NCBI GenBank assembly: GCA_964016885.1
Contig: OZ024742.1
Coordinates: 348,936,001-349,000,000, forward strand
Direction of reading: 5' to 3'
Source of the DNA: Eledone cirrhosa
Lineage: Eukaryota
DNA: 64,000 nt
Shown here: piece by piece, positions 1-16,300 of the stretch
How the letters are laid out: the number at the start of each line of letters is the position of its first letter
Numbering within the stretch: position 1 is the stretch's first letter
The notes under the pieces: generated by a model
Databases searched by the model: none
Told to the model about the DNA's origin: nothing
The model's input: the letters and a program-made list of their open reading frames with translations, nothing else
Program-made: the position numbers and the translations under genes

Positions 1-3000
1 TCAATATGGCGACATTATTGATACAGTGTAAAGCTCTCTATGTCTCAATATGGCGACATTATTGACAATGTAAAGCTCTCTATGTCTCAATATGGCGACA
101 TTATTGACACAGTGTAAAGCTCTCTATGTCTCAATATGGCGACATTATTGACAATGTAAAGCTCTCTATGTCTCAATATGGCGACATTATTGATACAGTG
201 TAAAGCTCTCTATGTCTCAATATGACGACATTATCGATACAGTGTAAAGCTCTGTATGTCTCAATATGGTGAGATTATTGACACAGCGTAAAGCTCTCTA
301 TGTCTCAATATGGTGACATTATTGACAGTGTAAAGCTCTCTATGTCTCAATATTGCGACATTATTGACAATGTAAAGCTCTCTATGTCTGAATATATGTG
401 ACATGATTGACAGTGTAAAGCTCTCTATGTCTCAATATGGTGACATTATTGACACAGTGTAAAGCTCTCTATGTCTCAATATGGCGTCATTATTGACAAT
501 GTAAAGCTCTCTATGTCTCAATATGCCGACATTATTGACACAGTGTAAAGCTCTCTATGTATCAATATGGTGACATTATTGACAGTGTAAAGCTTTCTAT
601 GTCTCAATATGTTGACATTATTGACAAAGTGTAAAGCTCTCTATGTCTCAATATGGTGACATTATTGACAGTGTAAAGCTTCTATGTCTCAATATGGTGA
701 GATTATTGACACATTGTAAAGGTCTCTATGTCTCAATATGGTGACATTATTGACAGTGTAAAGCTCTTTATGTCTCAATATGGTGACATTATTGACACAT
801 TGTAAAGCTCTCTATGTCTCAATATGGTGACATTATTGACAGCGTAAAGCTCTCTATGTCTCAATATGGTGACATTATCGACAGTGTAAAGCTCTCTATG
901 TCTCAATATGGCGACATTATTGACAATATAAAGCTCTCTATGTCTCAATATGGCGACATTATTGACACAGTGTAAAGCTCTGTATGTCTCAATATGGCGA
1001 CATTATTGATAAAGTGTAAAGCTCTCTATGTCTCAATATGGCGACATTATTGACAGTGTAAAGCTCTCTATGTCTCAACATGGCGACATTATTGACAATG
1101 TAAAGCTCTCTATGTGTCAATATGGTGACATTATTGACACATTGTAAAGCTCTCTATGTCTCAATATGGTGAGATTATTCACACAGTGTAAAGCTCTCTA
1201 TGTCTCAATATGGTTACATTATTGACTGTGTAAAGCTCTCTATGTCTCAATATGGCGACATTATTGACAATGTAGAGCTCTCTATGTCTCAATATGGTGA
1301 CATTATTGACAATGTAACGCTCTCTATGTCTCAATATGGTGACATTATTGATACAGTGTAAAGCTCTCTAAGTCTCAATATGGTGACATTATTGACACAG
1401 TGTAAAGCTCTCTGTCTCAATATGGTGACATTATTGACACAGTGTAAAGATCTCTATGTCTCAATATGGCGACATTATAGACAATGTAAAGCTCTCTATG
1501 TCTCAATATTGCGACATTATTGACACAGTTTAAAGCTCTCTATGTCTCAATATGGTGACATTATTGACAGTGTAAAGCTCTCTATGTCTCAATATGCCGA
1601 CATTATTGACACAGTGTAAAGCTCTGTATGTCTCAATATGGCGACAGTACTGATACAGTGAAAAGCTCTCTATGTCTCAATATGGCGACATTATTGACAG
1701 TGTAAAGCTCTCTATGTCTCAATATGGCGACATTATTGACAATGTAAAGCTCTCTATGTCTCAATATATGTGACATTATTGACAGTGTAAAGCTCTGTAT
1801 GTCTCAATATGGTGACACTATTGATACAGTGTAAACCTCTCTATGAATCAATATAGTGACATTAATGACACAGTGTAAAGCTCTCTATGTGTCAATATGG
1901 TGACATTATTGACACAGTATAAAGCTCTCTATGTCTCAATATGGCGACATTATTGACAATGTAGAGCTCTCTATGTCTCAATATGGTGACATTATTGACA
2001 GTGTAAAGCTCTCTATGTCTCAATATAGTGACATTATTGACAGTGTAAAGCTCTCTATGTCTCAATATAGTGACATTATTGACACATTGTAAAGCTCTCT
2101 ATGTCTCAATATGGTGAGATTATTGACACAGTTTAAAGCTCTCTATGTCTCAATATGGCGACATTATTGACAATGTAAAGCTCTCTATGTCTCAATATGT
2201 CGACATTATTGACACAGTGTAAAGCTCGCTATGTCTCAATATGGCGACATTATTGACAATGTAAAGCTCTCTATGTCTCAATATGGCGACATTGTTGATA
2301 CAGTGTAAAGCTCTCTATGTCTCAATATGGCGACATTATTGATACAGTGTAAAGCTCTGTATGTCTCAATATGGTGAGATTATTGACACAGCGTAAAGCT
2401 CTCTATGTCTCAATATGGTGTAATTATTGACAGTGTAAAGCTCTCTATGTCTCAATATTGCGACATTATTGACAATGTAAAGCTCTCTATGTCTCAATAT
2501 ATGTGACATGATTGACAGTGTAAAGCTCTGTATGTCTCAATATGGTGACATTATTGAGAGTGTAAACTTCTATGTCTCAATATGGTGACATTATTGACAC
2601 AGTGTAAAGCTCACTATGTCTCAATATGGCGTCATTATTGACAATGTAAAGCTCTCTATGTCTCAATATGCCGACATTATTGACACAGTGTAAAGCTCTC
2701 TATGTCTCAATATGGTGACATTATTGACAGTGTAAAGCTTTCTATGTCTCAATATGTTGACATTATTGACACAGTGTAAAGCTCTCTATGTCTCAATATG
2801 GTGACATTATTGACAGTGTAAAGCTTCTATGTCTCAATATGGTGAGATTATTGACACATTGTAAAGCTCTCTATGTCTCAATATGGTGACATTATTGACA
2901 GTGTAAAGCTCTCTATGTCTCAATATGGTGACATTATTGACACATTGTAAAGCTCTCTATGTCTCAATATGGTGACATTATTGACAGTGTAAAGCTCTCT

Positions 3001-6000
3001 ATGTCTCAATATGGTGACATTAGCGACAGTGTAAAGCTCTCTATGTCTCAATATGGCGACATTATTGACACAGTGTAAAGCTCTGTATGTCTCAATATGG
3101 CGTCATTATTGATAAAGTGTAAAGCTCTCTATGTCTCAATATGGCGACATTATTGACAGTGTAAAGCTCTCTATGTCTCAACATGGCGACATCATTGACA
3201 ATGTAAAGCTCTCTATGTCTCAATATTGTGACATTATTGACACATTGTAAAGCTCTCTATTTCTCAATATGGTGAGATTATTGACACAGTGTAAAGCTCT
3301 CTATGTCTCAATATGGTGACATTATTGACAGTGTAAAGCTCTCTATGTCTCAATATGGCGACATTATTGACAATGTAGAGTTCTCTATGTCTCAATATGG
3401 TGACATTATTGACAGTGTAAAGCTCTCTATGTCTCAATATAGTGACATTATTGACACATTGTAAAGCTCTCTATGTCTCAATATGTTGAGATTATTGACA
3501 CAGTGTAAAGCTCTCTATGTCTCAATATGGTGACATTATTGACAGTGTAAAGCACTCTATGTCTCAATATGGCGACATTATTGACAATGTAGAGCTCTCT
3601 ATGTCTCAATATGGTGACATTATTGACAGTGTAAAGCTCTCTATGTCTCAATATAGTGACATTATTGACACATTGTAAAGCTCTCTATGTCTCAATATGG
3701 TGACATTATTGACAGTGTAAAGCTCTCTATGTCTCAATATGGCGACATTATTGACAATGTAAAGCTCTCTATGTCTCAATATGGTGACATTATTGACAGT
3801 GTAAAGCTCTCTATGTCTCAATATGGTAACATTATTGACACAGTGTAAAGCTCTCTATGTCTCAATATGGTGATATTATGGACAATGTAAAGCTCTCTAT
3901 GTCTCAATATAGTGACATTATTGACACAGTGTAAAGCTCTCTATGTCTCAATATGGTGATATTATTGACAGTGTAAAGCTTCTACTTCTCAATATGGTGA
4001 CATTATTGACAGTGTAAAGCTTCTATGTCTCAATATGGTGAGATTATTGACACATTGTAAAGCTCTCTATGTCTCAATATTGTGACATTATTGAGAGTGT
4101 AAAGCTCTCTATGTCTCAATATGGTGACATTATGGACAATGTAAAGCTCTCTATGTCTCAATATAGTGACATTATTGACACAGTGTAAAGCTCTCTATGT
4201 CTCAATATGGTGATATTATTGACAGTGTAAAGCTTCTACTTCTCAATATGGTGACATTATTGACAGTGTAAAGCTTCTATGTCTCAATATGGTGACATTA
4301 TTGACACATTGTAAAGCTCTCTATGTCTCAATATGGTGATATTATTGACAGTGTAAAGCTCTCTATGTCTCAATATGGTGACATTATCGACAGTGTAAAG
4401 CTCTCTATGTCTTAATATGGCGACATTATTGACAATGTAAAGCTCTCTATGTCTCAATATGGCGACATTATTGACACAGTGAAAAGCTCTGTATGTCTCA
4501 ATATGGCGACATTATTGATAAAGTGTGAAGCTCTCTATGTCTCAATATGGCGACATTATTGACAGTGTAAAGCTCTCTATGTCTCAACATGGCGACATTA
4601 TTGACAATGTAAAGCTCTCTATGTCTCAATATAGTTACATTATTGACACATTGTAACGCTCTCTATGTCTCAATATGGTGAGATTATTGACACAGTGTAA
4701 AGCTCTGTATGTCTCAATATGGTGACATTATTGACAGTGTAAAGCTCTCTATGTCTCAATATGGCGACATTATTGACAATGTAGAGCTCTCTATGTCTCA
4801 ATATGGTGACATTATTGACAGTGTAAAGCTGTCTATGTCTCAATATAGTGACATTATTGACACATTGTAAAGCTCTCTATGTCTCAATATGGTGAGATTA
4901 TTGACACAGTGTAAAGCTCTCTATGTCTCAATATGGTGACATTATTGACAGTGTAAAGCTCTCTATGTCTCAATATGTCGACATTATTGACAAAGTAGAG
5001 CTCTCTATGTCTCAATATGGTGACATTATTGACAGTGTAAAGCTGTCTATGTCTCAATATAGTGACATTATTGACACATTGTAAAGCTCTCTATGTCTCA
5101 ATATGGTGAGATTATTGACACAGTGTAAAGCTCTCTATGTCTCAATATGGTGACATTATTGACACAGTGAAAAGCTCTTTATGTTTCAATATGGTGACAT
5201 TATTGACAATGTAAAGCTCTCTATGTCTCAATATGGCGACATTATTGACAATGTAAAGCTCCGTATGTCTCAATATGGCGACATTATTGACACAGTGTAA
5301 AGCTCTCTATGTCTCAATATGGTGACATTATTGACAGTGTAAAGCTCTCTATGTCTCAATATGGTGACATTATTGACAGTGTAAAGCTCTCTATGTCTCA
5401 ATATGGTGACATCATTGACAGTGTAAAGCTCTGTATGTCTCAATATGGTGACATTATTGACAGTGTAAAGCTCTCTATATCTCAATATGGTAACATTATT
5501 GACACAGTGTAAAGCTCTCTATGTGTCAATATGGTGACATTATTGACAGTGTAAAGCTCTCTATGTCTCAATATGGTGACAATATTGACACATTGTAAAG
5601 CTCTCTATGTCTCAATATAGTGAAATTATTGACAGTGTAAAGCTCTCAATGTCTCAATATGGCGACATTATTGACAATGTAAAGCTCTCTATATCTCAAT
5701 AAGGCGACATTATTGACACAGTGTAAAACTCTCTATGACTCAATATGGCGACATTATTGACAATGTAAAGCTTTCTATGTCTCAATATGACGACATTATT
5801 GATACAGTGTAAAGCTGTCTATGTCTCAATATGGCGACATTATTGACAATGTAAAGCTCTCTATGTCTCAATATGGCGACATTATTGACAATGTAAAGCT
5901 CTCTATGTCTCAATATGGTGACATTATTGACAATGTAAAGCTCTCTATGTCTCAAGATGGCGACATTATTGACACAGTGTAAAGCTCTCTTGGTCTCAAT

Positions 6001-9000
6001 ATGGCGACATTATTGACAATGTAAAGCTCTCTATGTCTCAATATGGCGACATTATTGACAATGTAAAGCTCCCTGTCTCAATATGGCGACATTATTGACA
6101 ATGTAAAACTCTCTATGTCTCAATATGGTGACATTATTGAAAGTGTAAAGCTCTCTATGTGTCAATATGGCGACATTATTGATACAGTGTAAAGCTTTAT
6201 ATGTCTCAATATGGTAACATTATTGACACCGTGTAAAGCTGTCTATGTCTCAATATGGTGACATTATTGACAGTGTAAAGCTCTATGTCTCAATATGGGG
6301 ACATTATTGACACAGTGTAAAGCTCTGTATGTTTCCATAAGGCGACATTATTGATATAGTGTAAAGCTCTCTATGTCACAATATGGCGACATTATTGACA
6401 TTGTAAAGCTCTCTATGTCTCAATATGGTGACATTATTGACAGAGTAAAGCTCTCTATGTCTCAATATGGTGACATTATTGACACAGTGTAAAGCTCTCT
6501 ATGTCTCAATATGGTAGAATTATTGACACAGTGTAAAGCTCTCTATGTCTCAATATGGTGACATTATTGACAGTGTAAAGCTCTCTATGTCTCAATAAGG
6601 TGACATTATTGACAGTGTAAAGCTATCTATGTCTCAATATGGTAGCATTATTGACACAGTGTAAAGCTCTCTATGTCTCAATATGGTGACATTATTGACA
6701 ATGTAAAGCTCTCTATGTCTCAATATGGTGACATTATTGACACATTGTAAAGCTCTCTATATCTCAATATCGTGACATTATTGACAGTGTAAAGCTCTCT
6801 ATGTCTCAATATGACGGCATTATTGACAATGTAAAGCTCTCTATGTCTCAATATGGTGACATTATTGACAGTGTAAAGCTCTCTATGTCTCAATATGGTG
6901 ACATTATTGACACAGTGTAAAGCTCTCTATGTCTCAATATGGCGACATCATTGATACAGTGTAAAGCTCTCTATGTCTCAATATGACGACATTATTGACA
7001 GTGTAAAGCTCTCTATGTCTCAATATGGCGACATTATTGACAATGTAAAGCTCTCTATGTCTTAATATGGTGACATTGTTGACAGTGTAAAGCTCTCTAT
7101 GTGTCAATATGGCGACATTATTGATACAGTGTAAAGCTCTCTATGTCTCAATATGACGACATTATTGACAGTGTAAAGCTCTCTATGTCTCAATATGGTA
7201 ACATTATTGACACAGTGTAAAGCTCTCTATGTCTCAATATGGTGACATTATTGACAGTGTAAAGCTCTCTATGTCTCAATATTGTGACAATATTGACACA
7301 TTGTAAAGCTCTCTATGTCTCAATATAGTGACATTATTGACAGTGTAAAGCTCTCAATGTCTCAATATGGCGACATTATTGACAATGTAAAGCTCTCTAT
7401 GTCTCAATATGGCGACATTATTGACACAGTGTAAAGCTCTCTATGTCTCAATATGGCGACATTATTGACAATGTAAAGCTTTCTATGTCTCAATATGGCG
7501 ACATTATTGATACAGTGTAAAGCTGTCTATGTCTCAATATGGCGACATTATTGACAATGTAAAGCTCTCTATGTCTCAATATGGCGACATTATTGACAAT
7601 GTAAAGCTCTCTATGTCTCAATATGGCTACATTATTGACAATGTAAAGCTCTCTATGTCTCAATATGGCGACATTATTGACAATGTAAAGCTCTCTATGT
7701 CTCAATATGGTGACATTATTGACAGTGTAAAGCTCTCTATGTCTCAATATGGTGACGTTGTTGACAGTGTAAAGCTCTCTATGTGTCAATATGGCGACAT
7801 TATTGATACAGTGTAAAGCTCTCTATGTCTCAATATGGTAACATTATTGACACCGTGTAAAGCTCTCTATGTCTCAATATGATGACATTATTGACAGTGT
7901 AAAGCTCTCTATGTCTCAATATGGTGACAATATTGACACATTGTAAAGCTCTCTATGTCTCAATATCGTGACATTATTGACAGTGTAAAGCTCTCAATGT
8001 CTCAATATGGTGACATTATCGACAGTGTAAAGCTCTCTATGTCTCAATATGGCGACATTATTGACAATGTAAAGCTTTCTATGTCTCAATATGGCGACAT
8101 TATTGATACAGTGTAAAGCTCTCTATGTCTCAATATGGCGACATTATTGACAATGTAAAGCTCTCCATGTCTCAATATGGTGACATTATTGACAATGTAA
8201 AGCTCTCTATATTTCAATATGGCGACATTATTGACAACGTAAAGCTCTCTATGTCTCAATATCGGGACATTATTGACAGTGTAAAGCTCTCTATGTCTCA
8301 ATATGGCGGCATTATTGACAATGTAAAGCTCTCTATGTCTGAATATGGTGACATTATTGACAGTGTAAAGCTCTCTATGTCTCAATATGGTGACATTGTT
8401 GACAGTGTAAAGCTCTCTATGTGTCAATAGGGCGACATTATTGATACAGTGTAAAGCTCTCTATGTCTCAATATGGTAACATTATTGACACAGTGTAAAG
8501 CTCTCTATGTCTCAATATGGTGACATTATTGACAGTGTAAAGCTCTCTATGTCTCAATATGGTGACAATATTGACACATTGTAAAGCTCTCTATGTCTCA
8601 ATATAGTGACATTATTGACAGTGTAAAGCTCTCAATGTCTCAATATGGCGACATTATTGACAATGTAAAGCTCTCTATGTCTCAATAAGGCGACATTATT
8701 GACACAGTGTAAATCTCTCTATGTCTCAATATGGCGACATTATTGACAATGTAAAGCTTTCTATGTCTCAATATGGCGACATTATTGATACAGTGTAAAG
8801 CTGTCTATGTCTCAATATGGCGACATTATTGACAATGTAAAGCTCTCTATGTCTCAATATGGCGACATTATTGACAATGTAAAGCTCTCTATGTCTCAAT
8901 ATGGTGACATTATTGACAATGTAAAGCTCTCTATGTCTCAAGATGGCGACATTATTGACAGTGTAAAGCTCTCTATGTCTCAATATGGTGACATTGTTGA

Positions 9001-12000
9001 CAGTGTAAAGCTCTCTATGTGTCAATATGGCGACATTATTGATACAGTGTAAAGCTCTCTATGTCTCAATATGGTAACATTATTGACACCGTGTAAAGCT
9101 CTCTATGTCTCAATATGGTGACATTATTGACAGTGTAAAGCTCTATGTCTCAATATGGGGACATCATTGACACAGTGTAAAGCTCTGTATGTTTCAATAA
9201 GGCGACATTATTGATATAGTGTAAAGCTCTCTATGTCTCAATATGGCGACATTATTGACACATTGTAAAGCTCTGTATGTCTTAATATGGCGACATTTTT
9301 GACACAGTGTAAAGCTCTCTATGTCTCAATATGGCGACATTATTGACAATGTAAACTCTCTATGTCTCAATATGGCGACATTATTGACAATGTATAGCTC
9401 TCTATGTCTCAATATGGCGACATTATTGACAACGTAAAGCTCTCTATGTCTCAATATGGCAACATTATTGACAATGTAAAGCTCTCTATGTCTCAATATG
9501 GTGACATTATTGACAATATAAAGCTCTCTATGTCTAAAGATGGCGATATTATTGACACAGTGTAAAGCTCTCTATGTCTCAATATGGCGACATTATTGAC
9601 AATGTAAAGCTCTCTATGTCTCAATATGGCGACATTATTGACAACGTAAAGCTCTCTATGTCTCAATATGTCGACATTATTGACACAGTGTAAAGCTCTC
9701 TATGTCTCATTATGGTGACATTATTGACAGTGTAAAGCTCGCTATGTCTCAATATGGCGACATTATTGAGACAGTGTAAAGCTCTGTATGTCTCAATATG
9801 GCGACATTATTGATACAGTGTAAAGCTCTCTATGTCTCAATATGGCGACATTATTGACAATGTAAAGCTCTCTATGTCTCAATATGGTGACATTATTGAC
9901 AGTGTAAAGCTCTCTATGTCTCAATATGGTGACATTATTGACACAGTGTAAAGCTCTCTATGTCTCAATATGGTAACATTATTGACACAGTGTAAAGCTC
10001 TCTATGTCTCAATATGTTGACATTCTTGACAGTGTAAAGCTCTCTATGTCTCAATATGGTGACATTATTGCCAGTGTAAAGCTCTCTATGTCTCAATATG
10101 GTAACATTACTGACACAGTGTAAAGCTCTCTATGTCTCAATATGGAGGCATCATTGACAGTGTAAAGCTCTCTATGTCTCAATATGGTGACATTATTGAC
10201 AGAGTGTAAACCTCTCTATGTCTCAATATGGCGACATTATTGACAGTGTAAAGCTCTCTATGTCTCAATATGGCGAAATTATTGAGAGTGTAAAGCTTTC
10301 TATGTTTCAATATGGCGACATTATTGAAAGTGTAAAGCTCTCTATTTTTCAATATGGTGACATTATTGACACAATGTAAAGCTCTCTATATCTTAATATG
10401 GCGACATTAATGACAATGTAAAGCTCTCTATGTCTCAATATGGCAACATTATTGACAACATAAAGCTCTCTATGTCTCAATATGGCGACATTATTGACAA
10501 TGTAAAGCTCTCTATGTCTCAATATGGCGACATTTTTGACAGTGTAAAGCTTTCTATGTCTCAATATGGCGACATTATTGACACAGTGTAAAGCTCTCTA
10601 TGACTCAATATGGTAACATTATTGACACAGTGTAAAGCTCTCTATGTTTCAATATGGTGACATTATTGACAATGTAAAGCTCTCGATGTCTCAATATGGC
10701 GACATTTTTGACACAGTGTAAAGCTCTCTATGTCTCAATATGGCGACATTATTGACAATGTAAAGCTCTCTATGTCTCAATATTGCGACATTTTTGACAC
10801 AGTGTAAAGCTATCTATGTCTCAATATGGTAACATTATTGACACCGTGTAAAGCTCTCTATGTCTCAATATGGTGACATTATTGACAGTGTAAAGCTCTA
10901 TGTCTCAATATGGGGACATTATTGACACAGTGTAAAGGTCTGTATGTTTCAATAAGGCGACATTATTGATATAGTGTAAAGCTCTCTATGTCTCAATATG
11001 GTGACATTATTGACAGAGTAAAGCTCTCTATGTCTCAATATGGTGACATTATTGACACAGTGTAAAACTCTCTATGTCTCAATATGGTAACATTATTGAC
11101 ACAGTGTAAAGCTCTCTATGTCTCAATATGGTGACATTATTGACAGTGTAAAGCTCTCTATGTCTCAATAAGGTGACATTATTGACAGTGTAAAGCTCTC
11201 TATGTCTCAATATGGTAGCATTATTGACACAGTGTAAAGATCTCTATGTCTCAATATGGTGACATCATTGACAGTGTAAAGCTCTGTATGTCTCAATATG
11301 GTGACATTATTGACAGTGTAAAACTTCTATGTCTCAATATGGTGAGATTATTGACACAGTGTAAAGCTCTCTATGTCTCAATATGGCGACATTATTGACA
11401 ATGTAAGTCTCTCTAAGTCTCAATATGGTGACATTATTGAACAGTGTAAAGCTCTCTATGTCTCAATAAGGTAACATTATTGACACATTGTAAAGCTCTC
11501 TATGTCTCAATATCGTGACATTATTGACAGTGTAAAGCTCTCTATGTCTTAATATGGCGGCATTATTGACAATGTAAAGCTCTCTATGTCTCAATATGGT
11601 GACATTATTGACAGTGTAAAGCTCTCTATGTCTCAATATGGCGACATTATTGACAATGTAAAGCTTTCTATGTCTCAATATGGTGACATTATTGACAGTG
11701 TAAAGCTCTCTATGTCTCAATATGGTGACATTGTTGACAGTGTAAAGCTGTCTATGTGTCAATATGGCGACATTATTGATACAGTGTAAAGCTCTCTATG
11801 TCTCAATATGACGACATTATTGACAGTGTAAAGCTCTCTATGTCTCAATATGGTAACATTATTGACACAGTGTAAAGCTCTCTATGTCTCAATATGGTAA
11901 CATTATTGACACAGTGTAAAGCTCTCTATGTTTCAATATGGCGACATTATTGACACAGTGTAAAGCTCTGTATGTCTCAATATGGCGACATTATTGATAT

Positions 12001-13369
12001 AGTGTAAAGCTCTCTATGTCTCAATATGGCGACATTATTGACAATGTAAAGCTCTCTATGTCTCAATATGGTGACATTATTGACAGTGTAAAGCTCTCTA
12101 TGTCTCAATATGGCGACATTATTGACACAGTGTAAAGCTCTCTATGTCTCAATATGGTAAAATTATTGACACAGTGTAAAGCTCTCTATGTTTCAATATG
12201 GTGACATTATTGACAATGTAAAGCTCTCGATGTCTCAATATGGCGACATTTTTGACACAGTGTAAAGCTCTCTATGTCTCAATATGGCGACATTATTGAC
12301 AATGTAAAGCTCTCTATGTCTCAATATGGCGACATTATTGACACAGTGTAAAGCTCTCTATGTCTCAATATGGTAACATTATTGACACAGTGTAAAGCTC
12401 TCTATGTTTCAATATGGTGACATTATTGACAGTGTAAAGCTCTCTATGTCTCAATATGGTAACATTATTGACACAGTGTAAAGCTCTCTATGTCTCAATA
12501 TGGTGACATCATTGACAGTGTAAAGCTCTGTATGTCTCAATATGGTGACATTATTGACAGTGTAAAACTTCTAAGTCTCAATATGGTGACATTTTTGACA
12601 CAGTGTAAAGCTCTGTATGTCTCAATATGGCGACATTATTGATACAGTGTAAAGCTCTCTATGTCTCAATATGGTGACATTATTGACAATGTAAAGCTTC
12701 TATGTCTCAATATGGCGACATTATTGACAGTGTAATGCTCTCTATGTCTCAATATGGCGACATTATTGAAAGTGTAAAGCTCTCTATTTTTCAATATGGT
12801 GACATTATTGACACAGTGTAAAACTCTCTATGTCTCAATATGGCGACATTAATGACAATGTAAAGCTCTCTATGTCTCAATATGTCGACATTATTGACAA
12901 CGTAAAGCTCTCTATGTCTCAATATGGCGACATTATTGACAATGTAAAGCTCTCTATGTCTCAATATGGCGACATTATTGACAATGTAAAGCTCTCTATG
13001 TCTCAATATGGTAACATTATTGACACAGTGTAAAGCTCTCTATGTCTCAATATGGCGACATTATTGATACAGTGTAAAGCTCTCTATGTCTCAATATGGC
13101 GACATTATTGACACATTGTAAAGCTCTGTATGTCTTAATATGGCGACATTTTTGACACAGTGTAAAGCTCTCTATGTCTCAATATGGCGACATTATTGAC
13201 AATGTAAACTCTCTATGTCTCAATATGGCGACATTATTGACAATGTATAGCTCTCTATGTCTCAATATGGCGACATTATTGACAACGTAAAGCTCTCTAT
13301 GTCTCAATATGGCAACATTATTGACAATGTAAAGCTCTCTATGTCTCAATATGGCGACATTATTGACAA

Positions 13370-16300
13370 CGTAAAGCTCTCTATGTCTCAATATGTCGAC
13401 ATTATTGACACAGTGTAAAGCTCTCTATGTCTCATTATGGTGACATTATTGACAGTGTAAAGCTCTCTATGTCTCAATATGGCGACATTATTGAGACAGT
13501 GTAAAGCTCTCTATGTCTCAATATGGCGACATTATTGACAATGTAAAGCTCTCTATGTCTCAATATGGTGACATTATTGACAGTGTAAAGCTCTCTATGT
13601 CTCAATATGGTGACATTATTGACACAGTGTAAAGCTCTCTATGTCTCAATATGGTAACATTATTGACACAGTGTAAAGCTCTCTATGTCTCAATATGTTG
13701 ACATTCTTGACAGTGTAAAGCTCTCTATGTCTCAATATGGTGACATTATTGCCAGTGTAAAGCTCTCTATGTCTCAATATGGTAACATTACTGACACAGT
13801 GTAAAGCTCTCTATGTCTCAATATGGAGGCATCATTGACAGTGTAAAGCTCTCTATGTCTCAATATGGTGACATTATTGACACAGTGTAAACCTCTCTAT
13901 GTCTCAATATGGCGACATTATTGACAGTGTAAAGCTCTCTATGTCTCAATATGGCGAAATTATTGAGAGTGTAAAGCTTTCTATGTTTCAATATGGTGAC
14001 ATTATTGAAAGTGTAAAGCTCTCTATTTTTCAATATGGTGACATTATTGACACAATGTAAAGCTCTCTATATCTTAATATGGCGACATTAATGACAATGT
14101 AAAGCTCTCTCTGTCTCAATATGGCAACATTATTGACAACATAAAGCTCTCTATGTCTCAATATGGCGACATTATTGACAATGTAAAGCTCTCTATGTCT
14201 CAATATGGCGACATTTTTGACAGTGTAAAGCTCTCTATGTCTCAATATGGCGACATTATTGACACAGTGTAAAGCTCTCTATGTCTCAACATGGTGACAT
14301 TATTGACAGTGTAAAACTCTCTATGTCTCAATATGGCGACATTATTGACAGTGTAAAGCTCTCTATGTCTCAATATGGCGACATTATTGAAAGTGTAAAG
14401 CTTTCTATTTTTCAATATGGTGACAATATTGACACAGTGTAAAACTCTCTATGTCTCAATATGGCGACATTAATGACAATGTAACGCTCTCTATGTCTCA
14501 ATATGTCGACATTATTGACAATGTAAAGCTCTCTATGTTTCAATATGGCGACATTATTGACACAGTGTAAAGCTCTCTATGTCTCAATATGGCGACATTA
14601 TTGACACAGTGTAAAGCTCTCTATGTCTCAATATGGTGACATTATTGACAGTGTAAAGCTCTCTATGTCTCAATATGGCGACATTATTGACAATGTAAAG
14701 CTCTCTATGTCTCAATATGGTGAAATTATTGAACAGTGTAAAGCTCTCTATGTCTCAATATGGTAACATTATTGACACAGTGTAAAGCTCTCTATGTCTC
14801 AATATGGTGACATTATTGACAATGTAAAGCTCTCTATGTCTCAATATGGTGACATTATTGACACATTGTAAAGCCCTCTATGTCTCAATATGGTGACATT
14901 ATTGACAGTGTAAAGCTCTCTATGTCTCAATATGGAGACATTATTGACAACGTAAAGCTCTCTATGTCTCAATATGGTGACATTATTGACAGTGTAAAGC
15001 TCTCTATGTCTCAATATGGCGACATCATTGATACAGTGTAAAGCTCTCTATGTCTCAATATGGCGTACTTATTGACAGTGTAAAGCTCTCTATGTCTCAG
15101 TATGGCGACATTATTGACAATGTAAAGCTCTGTATGTCTCAAGATGGCGACATTATTGACACAGTGTAAAGCTATCTATGTCTCAATATGGCGACATTAT
15201 TGACAGTGTAAAGCTCTCTATGTCTCAACCTGGCGACATTATTGACAATGTAAAACACTCCATGTCTCAATATGGTGACATTATTGATACAGTGTAAAGC
15301 TCTCTATGTCTCAATATTGCGACATTATTTACAATGTAATGCTCTCTATGTCTCAATATGGTGACATTATTGACAGTGTAAAGCTCTCTATGTCTCAATA
15401 TAGTGACATTATTGACACATTGTAAAGCTCTCTATGTCACAATATGGCGACATTATTGACACAGTGTAAAGCCCTCTATGTCTCAATATGGTAACCTTAT
15501 TGACACAGTGTAAAGCTCTCTATGTCTCAATATGGTGACATTATTGACAGTGTAAAGCTCTCTATGTCTCAATATGGTAACATTATTGACACAGTGTAAA
15601 ACTCTCTATGTCTCAATATGGTGACATCATTGACAGTGTAAAGCTCTGTATGTCTCAATATGGTGACATTATTGACAGTGTAAAGCTCTCTATGTCTCAA
15701 TATGGCGACATTATTGAAAGTGTAAAGCTCTCTATGTCTAAATATGTCGACATTATTGACAATATAGAGCTCTCTATGTCTCAATATGGCGACATTATTC
15801 ACAATGTAAAGCTCTCTATGTCTCAATATGGCGACATTTTTGAGACAATGTAAAGCTCTCTATGTCTCAATATGGCGACATTATTGATACAGTGTAAAGC
15901 TCTCTATGTCTCAAGATGTTGACATTATTGACACAGTGTAAAGCTCTCTATCTTTCAATATGACGACATTATTGACAGTGTAAAGCTCTCTATGTCTCAA
16001 TATGTCGACATTATTGACAACGTAAAGCTCTCTATGTCTCAATATGGCGACATTATTGACAATGTAAAGCTCACTTTTTTCAATATGGTGACATTATTGA
16101 CACTGTGTAAAACTCTCTATGTCTCAATATGGCGATATTAATGACAATGTAAAGCTCTCTATGTCTCAATATGTCGACATTATTGACAACGTAAAGCTCT
16201 CTATGTCTCAATATGGCGACATTATTGACAATGTAAAGCTCTCTATGTTTCAATATGCCGACATTATTGACAATGTAAAGCTCTCGATGTCTCAATATGG

